Assembly (NCBI GenBank): GCA_032654565.1
Contig: JAULAX010000018.1
Span: forward strand, 454,415 to 518,414
DNA length: 64,000 bases
Origin: Anaeromyxobacteraceae bacterium
GTDB lineage: Bacteria; Myxococcota; Myxococcia; Myxococcales; Anaeromyxobacteraceae
Reading direction: 5' to 3'
The notes below the pieces were generated by a model. The model did no database searches. It had not been told where the DNA came from and saw only the letters and a list, made by a program, of their open reading frames with translations. The translations under genes and the position numbers were made by a program. This document shows positions 10,413-21,191 of this stretch, one piece after another; position 1 is the stretch's first letter; each line of letters begins with the position of its first letter.

Positions 10413-12668
10413 TCAACGTCGCGCCGCCTCGAAGGCGCAGCGCCGGATCCCGGCCTCGGCGCGGGCCCGGTCGGCGCCCCCGGTGGCCTCGGCGTGCAGC
10501 GCGGCCCACTCGGCGGCCCCGTCGCCGGTCGCCCCGGCCAGGCAGCGGGTCTCGGCGAGCAGGGCGCGGGTCTCCTGCCGCAGCAGCGCGGGGAGCGGGC
10601 CTGCGGCGGCACGCCGGAGCAGCGGGAGCGCCTCGGCGACCTCGCCGCGGGCCAGGTGGGCCCGCGCCGCCAGGTAGTCGGTGAGCGGCCGCTCCAGCCG
10701 CTCCAGCCCGGGGAGCGCCGCGGCGGTGTCGGCCTGTCCCAGCAGCCAGGGTCGCGCCAGCCGCGCCAGCGCGGGATCGGCCAGGGCCGCCAGCTTGGCC
10801 TCCAGCAGGCGCCGTTCGTGCCGCTCGCCGCCGGCGTCGAGCGCCGCCAGCCACCCGGCGGCGGCCGCGTCCGGCTGGTCGCGCCGCCAGGCCAGGTCGG
10901 CCCGCGCCGAGGCCAGCGCCGCCGAGAGCGACGGGTCGGCGTCGCCCGCCGCCTGCGCCGCCTCCTGGTAGGCCGCCCCGGCCTCGTCGAGGGCGCCGCT
11001 GCGCGCCAGCAGGTCGCCGGCGCTCTTCAGCGGCCCGACCCGGCCGGTGAGCGCCGCCACCCGCCGCAGCTGGGCGCAGGCCACGGCGACGCGCCCGTGG
11101 CCGGCCTCGGACCAGGCCCGCTCCTCCAGCGCCGCCACCTCGCGGGCGCAGGGGACGGCGAAGAGGGCGGGGCGGGCGAAGCGGGCCCGGGCCGCCGCGG
11201 CCAGCCCCGGGGGGCGAGGCCGCACCGCCAGGAAGTCCCGCCAGTCGGCCACCAGCGACGCCAGCGGCCGGCCGGTGGCCGCCTCGAAGTCGCCGCTCCG
11301 GTAGAGCCGGGCCACCGTCGCGCTCCCGTGGCGCTCCAGCAGGAAGGCCACCAGGCTGCCGGCCGCCGTGTAGGCGCGGGCCGGGGCGGTGGACCAGAAG
11401 CCGGCCGGGCCGAGCTGCCCGGCCACGTCGGGGATCATCCCCAGGTCCCCCAGCGCCGCGCTCCACTCGTGGACGGTCCAGCTGCCGCGCGGCAGCTCCA
11501 GCGCCACCGCCAGCCCTTCCACCAGCCCCGCCGACACCAGCACGCCGGCCCGGGCCGGGACGCCCAGCGGCCCGGGGTCGAGCGCCGCGGCCACGGCGTG
11601 GACCAGCTCGTGGCGCAGCACCGGGTGGGGGAGGCCGGCCTGGGTGAGGTGGATCTCGCGGAGCCACGGCTTGGTGAAGTTGGTGGCGCCGGCGCCGACG
11701 TGGCGGCGCTTCTCCTCGTCGCTGCGGTGGAAGAAGACCGTGACCCGCGGCGGCGACGCCAGGCCGAGCGCGGCGGCGAGGTCGGCGGCGTGGAACTCGC
11801 AGTCGGCCGCCAGGGCGGCGCGGGCCGGGGCCTTGAGCTCGGCGGGGAAGATGAGCGTGCAGGCGGCGCCGTCGCTCCGGCCGCCCAGGGCCGCGGCGAT
11901 GGCGGCGCGGTCCCCGTCCAGCACCCGGGCCCGCAGCTGGACCCGCAGGCCGGTGAAGGCGGCCAGCGCCAGCCCCAGGGCCAGCGCCGCGACCCGGGCC
12001 CGGCGGGCGTCGTGGCGGAGGGCGGCGGCCAGCGTGGCGCCGGCCCCCACCGCCACCGCCAGCGCCACCGTCGCGGCGCGGAAGAGCAGCAGGCGGGCGT
12101 CGAGCCGGAGCGCCTCGTCGTAGAGCGGCCCGGGCCAGATGCCCAGCAGGTGGTCGAGCGCGAAGGCGGCCGGCCCGCGCCAGGCCTCCAGCAGCGTCCA
12201 GCCGGCCGAGCCGAGCAGGGCCAGCGCCAGGCCGGCGGCCAGCCGGGCCCGCCGACCGGCCCAGGCCAGCGCCGCCGAGAGCGCCGCCGCCAGCCACGCC
12301 GAGGGGAGGGCCAGCACCGGGAAGAAGGCGGCGCCGTCGAGGGCGCGGCAGGGGCCGAGCGCGGCGCGGACCGCCACCGCCAGGAAGAGGAGCGCCAGCA
12401 GCGCCGTCGAGGCCAGCGCCGCCGCCAGCCCCGCCACCGCCGGTGAACCCCGGTGGCGGGCCCGCTCGGCGCTGGCCGCCCACCAGCCCAGGGGCGGCGC
12501 CAGGGCCAGCCCGAGCCAGGCGCCCACCTCGCCCAGCTCGAAGCCGGGCACGTCGAGGAGCGGCAGCAGGCCGCCGAGCGCGCCGAGCAGCAGCAGCAGG
12601 GCGGCGGCGGCCCGGACGGCGGGGCGGCGCAGGAGCTGGGCGGCGAGGGCGAGGGCGGGTCGGAGCAC
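10413..12668 (-). CDS. Membrane protein with gluzincin-like peptidase motif and C-terminal TPR-like repeats
   Basis: Several N-terminal TM helices, RHELVHAV (HExxH) plus downstream EGLA, helical Ala-rich C-terminus. Confidence 0.7.
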   Translation of the reverse strand: MLRPALALAAQLLRRPAVRAAAALLLLLGALGGLLPLLDVPGFELGEVGAWLGLALAPPLGWWAASAERARHRGSPAVAGLAAALASTALLALLFLAVAVRAALGPCRALDGAAFFPVLALPSAWLAAALSAALAWAGRRARLAAGLALALLGSAGWTLLEAWRGPAAFALDHLLGIWPGPLYDEALRLDARLLLFRAATVALAVAVGAGATLAAALRHDARRARVAALALGLALAAFTGLRVQLRARVLDGDRAAIAAALGGRSDGAACTLIFPAELKAPARAALAADCEFHAADLAAALGLASPPRVTVFFHRSDEEKRRHVGAGATNFTKPWLREIHLTQAGLPHPVLRHELVHAVAAALDPGPLGVPARAGVLVSAGLVEGLAVALELPRGSWTVHEWSAALGDLGMIPDVAGQLGPAGFWSTAPARAYTAAGSLVAFLLERHGSATVARLYRSGDFEAATGRPLASLVADWRDFLAVRPRPPGLAAAARARFARPALFAVPCAREVAALEERAWSEAGHGRVAVACAQLRRVAALTGRVGPLKSAGDLLARSGALDEAGAAYQEAAQAAGDADPSLSAALASARADLAWRRDQPDAAAAGWLAALDAGGERHERRLLEAKLAALADPALARLARPWLLGQADTAAALPGLERLERPLTDYLAARAHLARGEVAEALPLLRRAAAGPLPALLRQETRALLAETRCLAGATGDGAAEWAALHAEATGGADRARAEAGIRRCAFEAARR

Positions 12669-12734
12669 GGTCGGTCGAGGTGGGGCGGGGTGATCCTATC
12701 GGTCGGCGAGGCGGAGCGCTAACATGCCCGCCTC

Positions 12735-13129
<395 letters not shown>

Positions 13130-13133
<4 letters not shown>

Positions 13134-13621
13134 AACAGCGGCACGTCCTCGAACAGCACCCGGTCGCCCGGCCGGACGCCGTGCCGCGCCGCCCAGCCGC
13201 CGTTCACCTCCAGCACGTACCGGCTGGGGACGCCCGGGTCCCGCGGCGAGGTGGTGAGCGGCTCGGCCCGCTCGATGAGGCCGACCACCCGGCCGCCGTC
13301 GTCGATGAAGAGCATGTCGAGCGGGATCAGGGTGTTCTTCATCCAGAAGGCGCGCGGCTCGCTCGCGGAGAAGAGGAAGAGCATCCCCGCCTCCGGCCCC
13401 AGGTCGCGCCGGTTCATCATCCCGCGGGTCCGCTCCTCGTCGCTGCGTGCCAGCTCGACGGTCACCGGGAGGCGGGCGCCGGCGGCGGTCAGGACGATCA
13501 CCCGCGGCGCGACGGCGCGGGCCGGGGGCGCGGGGGCCGGGGCCGGCTCGGCGGGAGGGCGAGCGGCGCAGGCGGCGACCAGCAGCAGGGCGGCCGCCAG
13601 CCGGGCCAGGCGAGGGCTCAT
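13130..13621 (-). CDS. DUF192-family lipoprotein
   Basis: Lipobox-like LVAAC; ERTRGMM, GMLFLF, FWMKNTLIPLDMLFI, YVLEVNGG. Confidence 0.88.
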
Positions 13622-14043
13622 CGCGGGACGGCGCAGTAGCTGGAGAACTGCAGGTCGGCGAGGTAGCTGGCCCGGGTCGCGGCGTCGAGGCCGGCCAGGA
13701 AGGCCGGGTCCATCACCACCTGCCGGCAGACCAGGCCGGTCTCCGACTTGAAGCAGTCCTTGTCGGAGACGCAGGGCTTGGAGCAATAGCCGCACTGCGA
13801 GCCGGCGCAGTCGTAGTAGCGCTGGCCGGGGAGCTGCGGGGAGACGATGCAGACCAGGTTGTCGCAGCCGGCGTTGCCGGTCTCGAAGTACTCGGAGGAG
13901 ATGGTGGCCGGGGTCGGCGCCGGCGGCGCGCCCGCCGCGGTGTTCCAGAGCAGCTCGCAGCGCTGGCCCACGTCGGGGGACTGGCAGCCCGCCAGCAAGG
14001 TGCTGGCGAGGATCATGGCCAGTGCTGAAGAGGCGAAGCGCAT
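13618..14043 (-). CDS. cglC: Gliding motility lipoprotein CglC/GltK
   Basis: Lipobox LLAGC, Cys-rich (GCDNLVC, GYCSKPC, LVCR); divergent from the gltBAC-like genes. Confidence 0.75.
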   Translation of the reverse strand: MRFASSALAMILASTLLAGCQSPDVGQRCELLWNTAAGAPPAPTPATISSEYFETGNAGCDNLVCIVSPQLPGQRYYDCAGSQCGYCSKPCVSDKDCFKSETGLVCRQVVMDPAFLAGLDAATRASYLADLQFSSYCAVPR

Positions 14044-14196
14044 GGGGAACCAACTCCAACCGTTATCACGGTGCGAGACCACCCAGCAAGGAAGGCCCCC
14101 GGGAGGCGCCGCCGCCTCGGGGCGCGGCGGCCGGCCGCGGTCATTGCCGCCTCCCCGGGCATTCGCTACGATGCCACCGTTCAACCGCGAGCGTAC

Positions 14197-14973
14197 ATGC
14201 ACAAGGGGCTGATCATCGGCTGGTTGGTCCTGGCCTTCGGTGCGCCGGCGGGCGCGCAGGAGCTCCAGGGACTCGACCTCTCCGCGCCGGCCAAGGCCGA
14301 GGAGCGGAAGCGCGCGCCGGAGCCGGCCCCGGCCGCCGGCGCCACGCTCTTCGGCGAGCGCGACGTGGCCCTGGGCGACCGGGTCAAGGCGGTCCAGCGC
14401 AAGGGCTTCCTCAAGCGCGGCCGCTTCGAGGTGGCCCCCATCCTCTCCCTCTCGGTGAACGACGCCTACTATCAGAAGGTGGGCGGCGGGCTGCGCCTGG
14501 CCTACAGCCTGCAGGACTCCTTCGCCCTGGCGGTGCGCGGCTCCTACTACACGCCGTTCCGGACCGACAACGTCCGCACCGGCAAGCTGGCCTTCCAGAG
14601 CCAGCTGCTCACCTCGCAGATCTACTCGCAGGCCATGATGGACGGGGTCTGGTCGCCCATCTACGGCAAGGCCGCCTTCCTCGGCGACGCCATCGTCCAC
14701 TTCGACCTCTTCCTCGCCGCCGGCTTCGGCGTGGTCTGGAGCGCCACCAGCGACCCGCCGCGCAGCGAGGGGCCGCACCCCGCCGCCGAGCTGGGCGGGG
14801 GCGTCCGCTTCTACCCGAAGGAGTGGATGGCCTTCGAGCTGGGGCTGATGGCCACCTTCTACCCGGACCAGCCCATCGTCTCGGTGCCGGCCACCATCCA
14901 GCGGGTCTTCGTCGCCAACGTGGGGGTGAGCTTCTTCTTCCCCACCTCCTCCGAGTACGTCTACCCGCAATGA
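14197..14973 (+). CDS. gltB: Outer-membrane beta-barrel gliding protein GltB
   Basis: Signal peptide, DRVKAVQRK, WSPIYGK, C-terminal VSFFFP; B vs A assigned by gene order only. Confidence 0.7.
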   Translation: MHKGLIIGWLVLAFGAPAGAQELQGLDLSAPAKAEERKRAPEPAPAAGATLFGERDVALGDRVKAVQRKGFLKRGRFEVAPILSLSVNDAYYQKVGGGLRLAYSLQDSFALAVRGSYYTPFRTDNVRTGKLAFQSQLLTSQIYSQAMMDGVWSPIYGKAAFLGDAIVHFDLFLAAGFGVVWSATSDPPRSEGPHPAAELGGGVRFYPKEWMAFELGLMATFYPDQPIVSVPATIQRVFVANVGVSFFFPTSSEYVYPQ

Positions 14974-15755
14974 GCCCCGCCGCCGCCACCACGCGCGCCG
15001 CCGGCCTGGCGCTCCTGCTCGCCGCCCTGGCCCCGGCCCCGGCCCGCGCCGCCAACAAGGCCGACGCCTTCGAGGGGAAGATCCAGCCCATCTCCGGGCA
15101 GCTCTACCCCAAGGCCGGCCGGCTCGAGGTCACGCCGACCGCCGGGCTCTCCTTCAACGACGCCTTCCTCAAGAAGTACACCGGCGGCCTCAAGGTGGGC
15201 TGGCACTTCACCGAGTTCCTCTCGGTGGCCGGCAGCTTCGCCATGGGCACCACGGTGGCCTCAGGCTCGGCGGTCGTCTGCCCCGCCAACCAGGGCTGCC
15301 ACCCGGCCTCCAAGGCGCAGCTCTGGCAGGTGCCCGGGGCGATGCGCATGGTCGGCGGCGTCGAGGTGGCCTGGGCGCCGGTCTACGGCAAGCTCAACCT
15401 GGCCGCCGAGCAGGTGCTCCACTTCGACCTCGCCCTCCTGGCCGGCGCCGACTACATCCGCGCCGACGAGGTGCTGGCCCGCGACGCCGCCGAGGCGCTG
15501 GCCATCGCCGGCGGCACCCCCGCCGCCACGGGCACGTTCGGCGGCCACGTCGGCGTCGGCGTCCGCATCTACCTGAGCCGCTTCATGGCCATCCGCCTCG
15601 ACTTCAAGGACTACGTCTACGCGGTCAAGGTCCCCAACTGGATCGAGGGGACCGGCAACCAGCCCCGCACCGACGTGCAGAACCAGCTCTTCTTCGAGCT
15701 CGGGCTCTCCTTCTTCTTCCCCACCAGCCCGCGCCCGGCCGGGGGAGGACCCTGA
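14970..15755 (+). CDS. gltA: Outer-membrane beta-barrel gliding protein GltA
   Basis: Paralog of the preceding gene (NDAF, WAPVYGK, LSFFFP); signal peptide; ATGA-coupled start. Confidence 0.7.
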   Translation: MSPAAATTRAAGLALLLAALAPAPARAANKADAFEGKIQPISGQLYPKAGRLEVTPTAGLSFNDAFLKKYTGGLKVGWHFTEFLSVAGSFAMGTTVASGSAVVCPANQGCHPASKAQLWQVPGAMRMVGGVEVAWAPVYGKLNLAAEQVLHFDLALLAGADYIRADEVLARDAAEALAIAGGTPAATGTFGGHVGVGVRIYLSRFMAIRLDFKDYVYAVKVPNWIEGTGNQPRTDVQNQLFFELGLSFFFPTSPRPAGGGP

Positions 15756-17602
15756 TGCGCCCCCTCGCCACCGCCGCCGTCCTCCTCGCCCTGGCGCTGG
15801 CGGCGCCGGCCCGGGCCCAGCTGGGGCTCGACCTGGGCGGACCGCCGGCCGAGGCCAGGAAGCCTGATCCCAAGAAGAAGGCGGAGCCGAAGAAGGCCGA
15901 CCAGAGGAAGCCCGAGCCGAAGAAGGCGGAGCCGAAGAAGGCCGAGCCGCGGCCGACGGAGACCAGGCCCGCCGAGGTCCGGCCGCCCACGGAGCCCCGG
16001 CCGCCCGTCGAGGCCCGGCCGGCGCCCGAGCCCAGGGCCCCCGCCGAGGTCCGGTCGGCGCCCGGGGGCAAGGTGGTCGACGCCCGGCCACGGATGGAGG
16101 CGGCCCGGGCCCTGGCGGAGCGGAAGAAGCACGAGGCCGCCGCCCTGGCCTTCGACGCCATCCTCCGCGATCCCACGCTCTCCGAGGGGCACGACGAGGC
16201 CCGCTACCAGCTGGCCAAGGCGCTGTCGCTGGCCGGGCTCGACCACTCGGCGCTCAGCTACCTCGACGAGATCCTGGAGCGCGGCCCATCGCGCACCCGC
16301 TACTTCCACAGCGCCCTGGAGTGGCTCTTCAAGGTCAGCCGCTCCACCTCCAGCGAGCAGGAGGTGCTGCCGCGGGTGGCCCGCTACGCCCGCGAGGGCG
16401 CGCCGCCCGAGTACCAGGACCGCTTCCACTTCCTGCTGGCCAAGTACGAGTTCGAGCGCGGCCGGGCCCTCGAGGAGGCCGGCAAGGCCGAGGAGGCCCG
16501 CACCTCCTGGCGCGAGGCCAGCCGGCTGGCGGCGCTGGTGCGCAAGGAGGCCGGCGCCTCGGCGACCCAGGTGGCCGGGGCCGAGGACGACGGCGACATC
16601 TACGGCCGGGCCCAGTTCATCGACGGCCTGGCCCGCTTCGCCCTCGCCGACGAACAGTCGGCCAGCGAGAAGTTCAAGGACGTGGTGCGGCTCACCAACC
16701 CGCGCAAGGGGCGAGGCGGCGACGTCGAGCTGCGCGAGCTGGCCTTCCTGCAGCTGGCCCGGCTCCACTACCAGAACCGCCAGAACCGCTACGCCATCTT
16801 CTACTACGGCAAGATGCCGTGGGGCGGGGCCCAGTGGCTGGAGGGGCTCTGGGAGGCCTCCTACGCCCACTACCGCATCGGCGAGCACGAGAAGGCGCTC
16901 GGCAACCTGCTGACCCTGCAGTCGGCCTACTTCAAGGACGAGTACTTTCCCGAGTCCTGGGTGCTCAAGGCCATCGTCTACTACGAGAACTGCCGCTACC
17001 CCGAGGCGCGGCAGGTGCTGGAGAGCTTCACCGCCAGGTACGAGCCGCTCTACGACGAGCTGGTGGCGGTGGCCGGCCGGCCCTCGGCCCCCTCGGTCTT
17101 CCTGGAGCAGGCGGTCAGCCCCCGGGCCCGCCGGGTCGCCTTCACCGATCCCTCCATCAAGCGGCTCTCCGACGCCGCCGCCGCGATCGACGCCGAGGTC
17201 GACCACGGCATCGGCGACCGCGGCGGTGACTTCCGCGCCTCGCCCCTGGCGGCGACGCTCAAGGAGCGGCTGGCGCGGCAGAAGTCGCAGCTCACCACCG
17301 AGGCCGGGCTGCGGGCCCGCGCCAAGCTGGAGTACGAGCGGGACCAGCTCCGCTCCATGCTGGCCCAGGCGCTGCGCATCTCCATCGAGGTCTCGCGGCA
17401 GGAGCGCGAGGCGCTGGAGGGCTCGCTGGCCGCCGGCAGCCAGGTCGAGGTGGTCAAGGACCTCCGCTGGACCCACGCCGTCTCCGACGAGCACCTCTAC
17501 TGGCCCTACGAGGGCGAGTTCTGGCGCGACGAGCTGGGGACCTACTCGTACACGTTGACCAAGGGCTGCAAGGACCGCCCGCCCCGGTCGGCGGGTCGCT
17601 GA
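15755..17602 (+). CDS. gltC: Periplasmic TPR gliding protein GltC
   Basis: Signal peptide, AEPKK low-complexity repeats, TPRs, C-terminal YWPYEGEFWRDELGTY. Confidence 0.85.
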   Translation: MRPLATAAVLLALALAAPARAQLGLDLGGPPAEARKPDPKKKAEPKKADQRKPEPKKAEPKKAEPRPTETRPAEVRPPTEPRPPVEARPAPEPRAPAEVRSAPGGKVVDARPRMEAARALAERKKHEAAALAFDAILRDPTLSEGHDEARYQLAKALSLAGLDHSALSYLDEILERGPSRTRYFHSALEWLFKVSRSTSSEQEVLPRVARYAREGAPPEYQDRFHFLLAKYEFERGRALEEAGKAEEARTSWREASRLAALVRKEAGASATQVAGAEDDGDIYGRAQFIDGLARFALADEQSASEKFKDVVRLTNPRKGRGGDVELRELAFLQLARLHYQNRQNRYAIFYYGKMPWGGAQWLEGLWEASYAHYRIGEHEKALGNLLTLQSAYFKDEYFPESWVLKAIVYYENCRYPEARQVLESFTARYEPLYDELVAVAGRPSAPSVFLEQAVSPRARRVAFTDPSIKRLSDAAAAIDAEVDHGIGDRGGDFRASPLAATLKERLARQKSQLTTEAGLRARAKLEYERDQLRSMLAQALRISIEVSRQEREALEGSLAAGSQVEVVKDLRWTHAVSDEHLYWPYEGEFWRDELGTYSYTLTKGCKDRPPRSAGR

Positions 17603-17627
17603 GCAGCCGCGCAGGGGGGAACACCAC

Positions 17628-20600
17628 GTGATCCACACCGACGCCCTCGTCGCCGGCGCCCTGGCGCTGGTCCTGGCGCTCCCCGCGGCCGGGGCGAGCG
17701 CCGCCGATCCACGCCCCGCCCCCGGCGGCGGCTCGCTGGGCCAGAAGCGGAGCGTCGGCCCCGACGCCGCGCTGGAGGGGACGCTGGAGGTGGCCAGGAA
17801 GACCGAGCAGGGGCCGGCCGGCCCCAAGCTGGCCTTCGAGCAGTTCCGCGCCGGCATCGAGGTCAAGCTCTCCGGCAAGCGGCGCGAGGAGATCGCCAGC
17901 CTGCAGAAGCTCATCAAGCTCTCGGCCGGCGACGGCGACAGGGACGCCCCCGGCTACTACTTCCGCCTCGCCGAGCTGCTCTGGGAGGAGTCGCAGTACT
18001 TCTTCTTCGAGGCCAACCGCAAGGACGGCGAGATCATCTCCCTCGCCAAGGGCGATCGCCGGCTGGCCCGCCTCCAGGCGGAGCGCGCCGACGACGACCG
18101 GCAGTACAAGGGGCTGCAGAAGCAGGCGGTGGCCCTCTACCGGGCCATCATCAAGAAGTACCCGAAGTACGAGCGGCTCGACGAGGTGCTCTTCTTCCTG
18201 GCCCGCAACCTGCTGCAGCGCGACCGGGCCGACGAGGACGCCATGAAGGCCTACCGGGCGCTCATCAAGAGCTTCCCCGACTCGCCCTACGTCCCCGACG
18301 CCTGGATGGCCTTCGGCGAGTACTACTTCGAGCGGGCCAACAAGGGCGACCGGATGGGCCAGCTGCAGAAGGCGCTGGAGGCCTACCGGAAGGCCGCCGG
18401 CTACCAGGAGAGCTCGGTCTACGGGTACGCCCTCTACAAGCAGGGCTGGGTGCAGTTCAACCTCGGCAACTTCCCCGCGGCGCTCGACCTCTTCCGCGCC
18501 GTCGTCTACTTCGGCGAGCTGCCCACCTCCTCGGTCCCGGCCGACCGCAAGCTGGCCCTGGTGAAGGAGGCGAGGAAGGACTACGTCCGCACCTGGCCGC
18601 ACGTGGGGAGCGCCGAGGCGGCCTGGGAGGACTTCAAGCGGGTCGGCGGCGAGGCCGGGGTGCGCGAAATGATCCGCACCCTCGGTGACATCTACTGGAC
18701 CGACGGCCAGGACCGGGAGGCCATCCTGGTCTACCACCGGCTCATCCGCCAGGACCCGGTGGCGCCCGACGCCCCCATGCTCCAGTCGCGCATCGTCACC
18801 ATGGCGGGCCGGCTGGGGAACAAGGCGGTGGCGGTGCAGCAGGCCCACGTCTTCGTCAAGGTCCTCGAGGACTTCGAGGCCTCGCCGCGGGGCAAGGACC
18901 CGGCCAACGCCAAGCTCACCGCCGAGGCCCGCTCCACCGCCGAGAACACCCTGCGCTACCTGGCGCTGCGCTACCACAACGAGTGGAAGAAGTCGGACGA
19001 CCAGTCGGTGGCCGGGTACGCCATCAGCGTCTACGCCGACTACCTGGAGGTCTTCGGGGCCAGCCCCTCCGCCTACGAGATGCGCTTCTTCCACGCCGAG
19101 CTGGCCTACGCGCTCGGCAAGTTCGCCGAGGCCGCCGACGAGTACGACCGGGTGGTGCTCCTCGACGTGGCCGCCATGGAGGGCAAGTCGTCCCAGGCCC
19201 GCAGCGGGGAGAGCGGCGCCAAGGCCGGCAAGTGGTTCAACGACGCCCTCGAGGGGGCGCTCTTCGCCCACGAGGAGGCGGTCAAGGCCCTGCCGCCGCT
19301 GGCCGCCCCCCCGGCCGGCCCCAAGAAGCGGATCGCCCTGGCCCCGGCGCGGCTCAAGCTGGCCGCGGCCTACCAGCGCTACGCCCGCTGGCGGCCCGAC
19401 GGCAAGCTGGCCTCCAAGGCCGCCTACCGCGGCGCCAAGCTCTCCTACGACCACTACGACTACGTCGAGGCCATCGACCTCTTCACCCGCGTGGCCCTCG
19501 ACCACTCCGCCTCCGAGGAGGCGGAGTACGCCACCAACCTGGTGCTCGACGCCTACAACGAGCTGGCGGACTGGCGGAAGCTCAACGCCTGGTCCAAGCG
19601 GTTCTACGCCAACCAGCCGCTGCTGGCCGCCCACCCCAAGCTCAAGGACGACCTGCCCAAGGTGATCGAGCAGAGCGCCTTCAAGATCATCGAGGAGCAG
19701 GAGAAGGCCCGGGAGTGGGAGGCCGCCGCCGAGAGCTACCTGGCCTTCGTGCGCGACTGGCCCAACACCCGCCTGGCGCCGACCGGCCTCTACAACGCCT
19801 CGGTCGACTTCGCCCGCGCCAGCCGCGTCGACAAGGCCATGGAGGTGCGCGACCAGCTGCTGCAGCGCTTCCCCAACGACCCGCTGGCGCCGCGCTGCCT
19901 CTTCGACAACGCCGCCGGCTCCGAGGCCATCGCCGACTTCCAGCGGGCCGCCGACGCCTACGAGCGCTACTTCCAGGCCTGGCGTCGGACCCGCGGCGCG
20001 GCGCCGGCCAAGGCTCCGGCCCCGCCGAGGAAGGACGCCCGGGCGGCGGCCGCCCCGGTCCCGGCCCCGGCGGCGGCCCCGGTCTACGAGGAGAAGAAGG
20101 CGCTCGACGCCATCGTCAACGCCGCGGTCTTCCGCGTCGGCCTGCGCGACTGGGCCCGGGCCGAGGCCGACAGCCTGGCCTACCTGGAGGCCTGGCCGGA
20201 CGGCGAGGACGCGGCGCGCATGTCGCTCTCGCTGGCCGACCTGGCGGCGCGCCAGGGGCCGGCCCAGAAGGAGCTGACCCGGCTCGAGGAGTACCAGCGG
20301 CGCTTCGCCAAGACCCCCGACGAGTGGCTGGCGGCGCAGCAGCGCATCGTCCGGGTGATGGAGAAGGCCGGCAACGCCGCCGGGGCCCGGGCCGCGCAGG
20401 AGCAGGGGTTCGACTACTGGAAGCGGAACCGCGCCCAGGTGAAGGACAAGGGGCTCACCGTCGGCGCCGAGGGGATGTTCCGGGCGCTGGAGCCGGCCTG
20501 GGCCGAGTACCAGAAGCTCAACCTGAACATCCGGCAGAGCGACCTCAAGTACCAGCTGGAGCGGATGGCCGGGAAGCTCAAGAAGCTGGAGGAGGAGTAC

Positions 20601-21191
20601 ACCGCGGTGGTGAAGCTCGGCGTGGCCGGGCCGGCGGTCTGCTCGCTGGAGCGGATCGGCATGCTCTACAAGCACTTCGGCCGCGTGCTCACCGAGGCGC
20701 CGGTGCCCCGCGAGATCAAGAACGACAAGGAGCTGGTCGAGGTCTACAAGGCCTCGCTGGCCGAGCAGGCCGAGCCGCTGGAGACCAAGGCCCAGGACGG
20801 CTTCGAGCTGGCGGCCACCAAGGCCCGCGAGCTCGGCGTGCGCAACGACTGCGCCACCCGGTCGATGCAGGCGGCGATGACCAAGAAGCCGGAGCTCGGC
20901 CCCACCCTGGAGGCCCTGCCCACCCTGGCCGCCGTCGAGTTCACCGAGGCGCCGAGGGGCTATGGCCTGCTGGCGGCCCTCGAGCCGGTGGCGCCGGTGG
21001 CGAAGCGCCCGGCCACGCCGGCCCGCGGCGGCGCCGCGACACCGGCCCCGCCGCTGCGAGCGCCGGCCCCGGCCAAGGGGATGCCCAGGCCGGGGGCCCG
21101 GGGCAAGGAGAAGGCGGCGCCGGCCCAGACCTCCACCGATGATCCGCTGCCGCGCCCGAAGAAGGGTGACGACGAGGACCTGCTCCAGTGA
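17628..21191 (+). CDS. gltD: TPR gliding protein GltD (AgmU)
   Basis: 1187 aa, signal peptide, many TPRs (FRLAELLWEES, AFGEYYF); position in the glt order. Confidence 0.82.
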   Translation: MIHTDALVAGALALVLALPAAGASAADPRPAPGGGSLGQKRSVGPDAALEGTLEVARKTEQGPAGPKLAFEQFRAGIEVKLSGKRREEIASLQKLIKLSAGDGDRDAPGYYFRLAELLWEESQYFFFEANRKDGEIISLAKGDRRLARLQAERADDDRQYKGLQKQAVALYRAIIKKYPKYERLDEVLFFLARNLLQRDRADEDAMKAYRALIKSFPDSPYVPDAWMAFGEYYFERANKGDRMGQLQKALEAYRKAAGYQESSVYGYALYKQGWVQFNLGNFPAALDLFRAVVYFGELPTSSVPADRKLALVKEARKDYVRTWPHVGSAEAAWEDFKRVGGEAGVREMIRTLGDIYWTDGQDREAILVYHRLIRQDPVAPDAPMLQSRIVTMAGRLGNKAVAVQQAHVFVKVLEDFEASPRGKDPANAKLTAEARSTAENTLRYLALRYHNEWKKSDDQSVAGYAISVYADYLEVFGASPSAYEMRFFHAELAYALGKFAEAADEYDRVVLLDVAAMEGKSSQARSGESGAKAGKWFNDALEGALFAHEEAVKALPPLAAPPAGPKKRIALAPARLKLAAAYQRYARWRPDGKLASKAAYRGAKLSYDHYDYVEAIDLFTRVALDHSASEEAEYATNLVLDAYNELADWRKLNAWSKRFYANQPLLAAHPKLKDDLPKVIEQSAFKIIEEQEKAREWEAAAESYLAFVRDWPNTRLAPTGLYNASVDFARASRVDKAMEVRDQLLQRFPNDPLAPRCLFDNAAGSEAIADFQRAADAYERYFQAWRRTRGAAPAKAPAPPRKDARAAAAPVPAPAAAPVYEEKKALDAIVNAAVFRVGLRDWARAEADSLAYLEAWPDGEDAARMSLSLADLAARQGPAQKELTRLEEYQRRFAKTPDEWLAAQQRIVRVMEKAGNAAGARAAQEQGFDYWKRNRAQVKDKGLTVGAEGMFRALEPAWAEYQKLNLNIRQSDLKYQLERMAGKLKKLEEEYTAVVKLGVAGPAVCSLERIGMLYKHFGRVLTEAPVPREIKNDKELVEVYKASLAEQAEPLETKAQDGFELAATKARELGVRNDCATRSMQAAMTKKPELGPTLEALPTLAAVEFTEAPRGYGLLAALEPVAPVAKRPATPARGGAATPAPPLRAPAPAKGMPRPGARGKEKAAPAQTSTDDPLPRPKKGDDEDLLQ

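Noticed and set aside
15860..15950. 15-bp tandem repeats (GCGGAGCCGAAGAAG-like) and Pro/Ala-rich tracts in gltC, gltG and gltJ
   Set aside because: In-frame low-complexity linkers (AEPKK, PAPA) typical of these proteins, not independent DNA elements.
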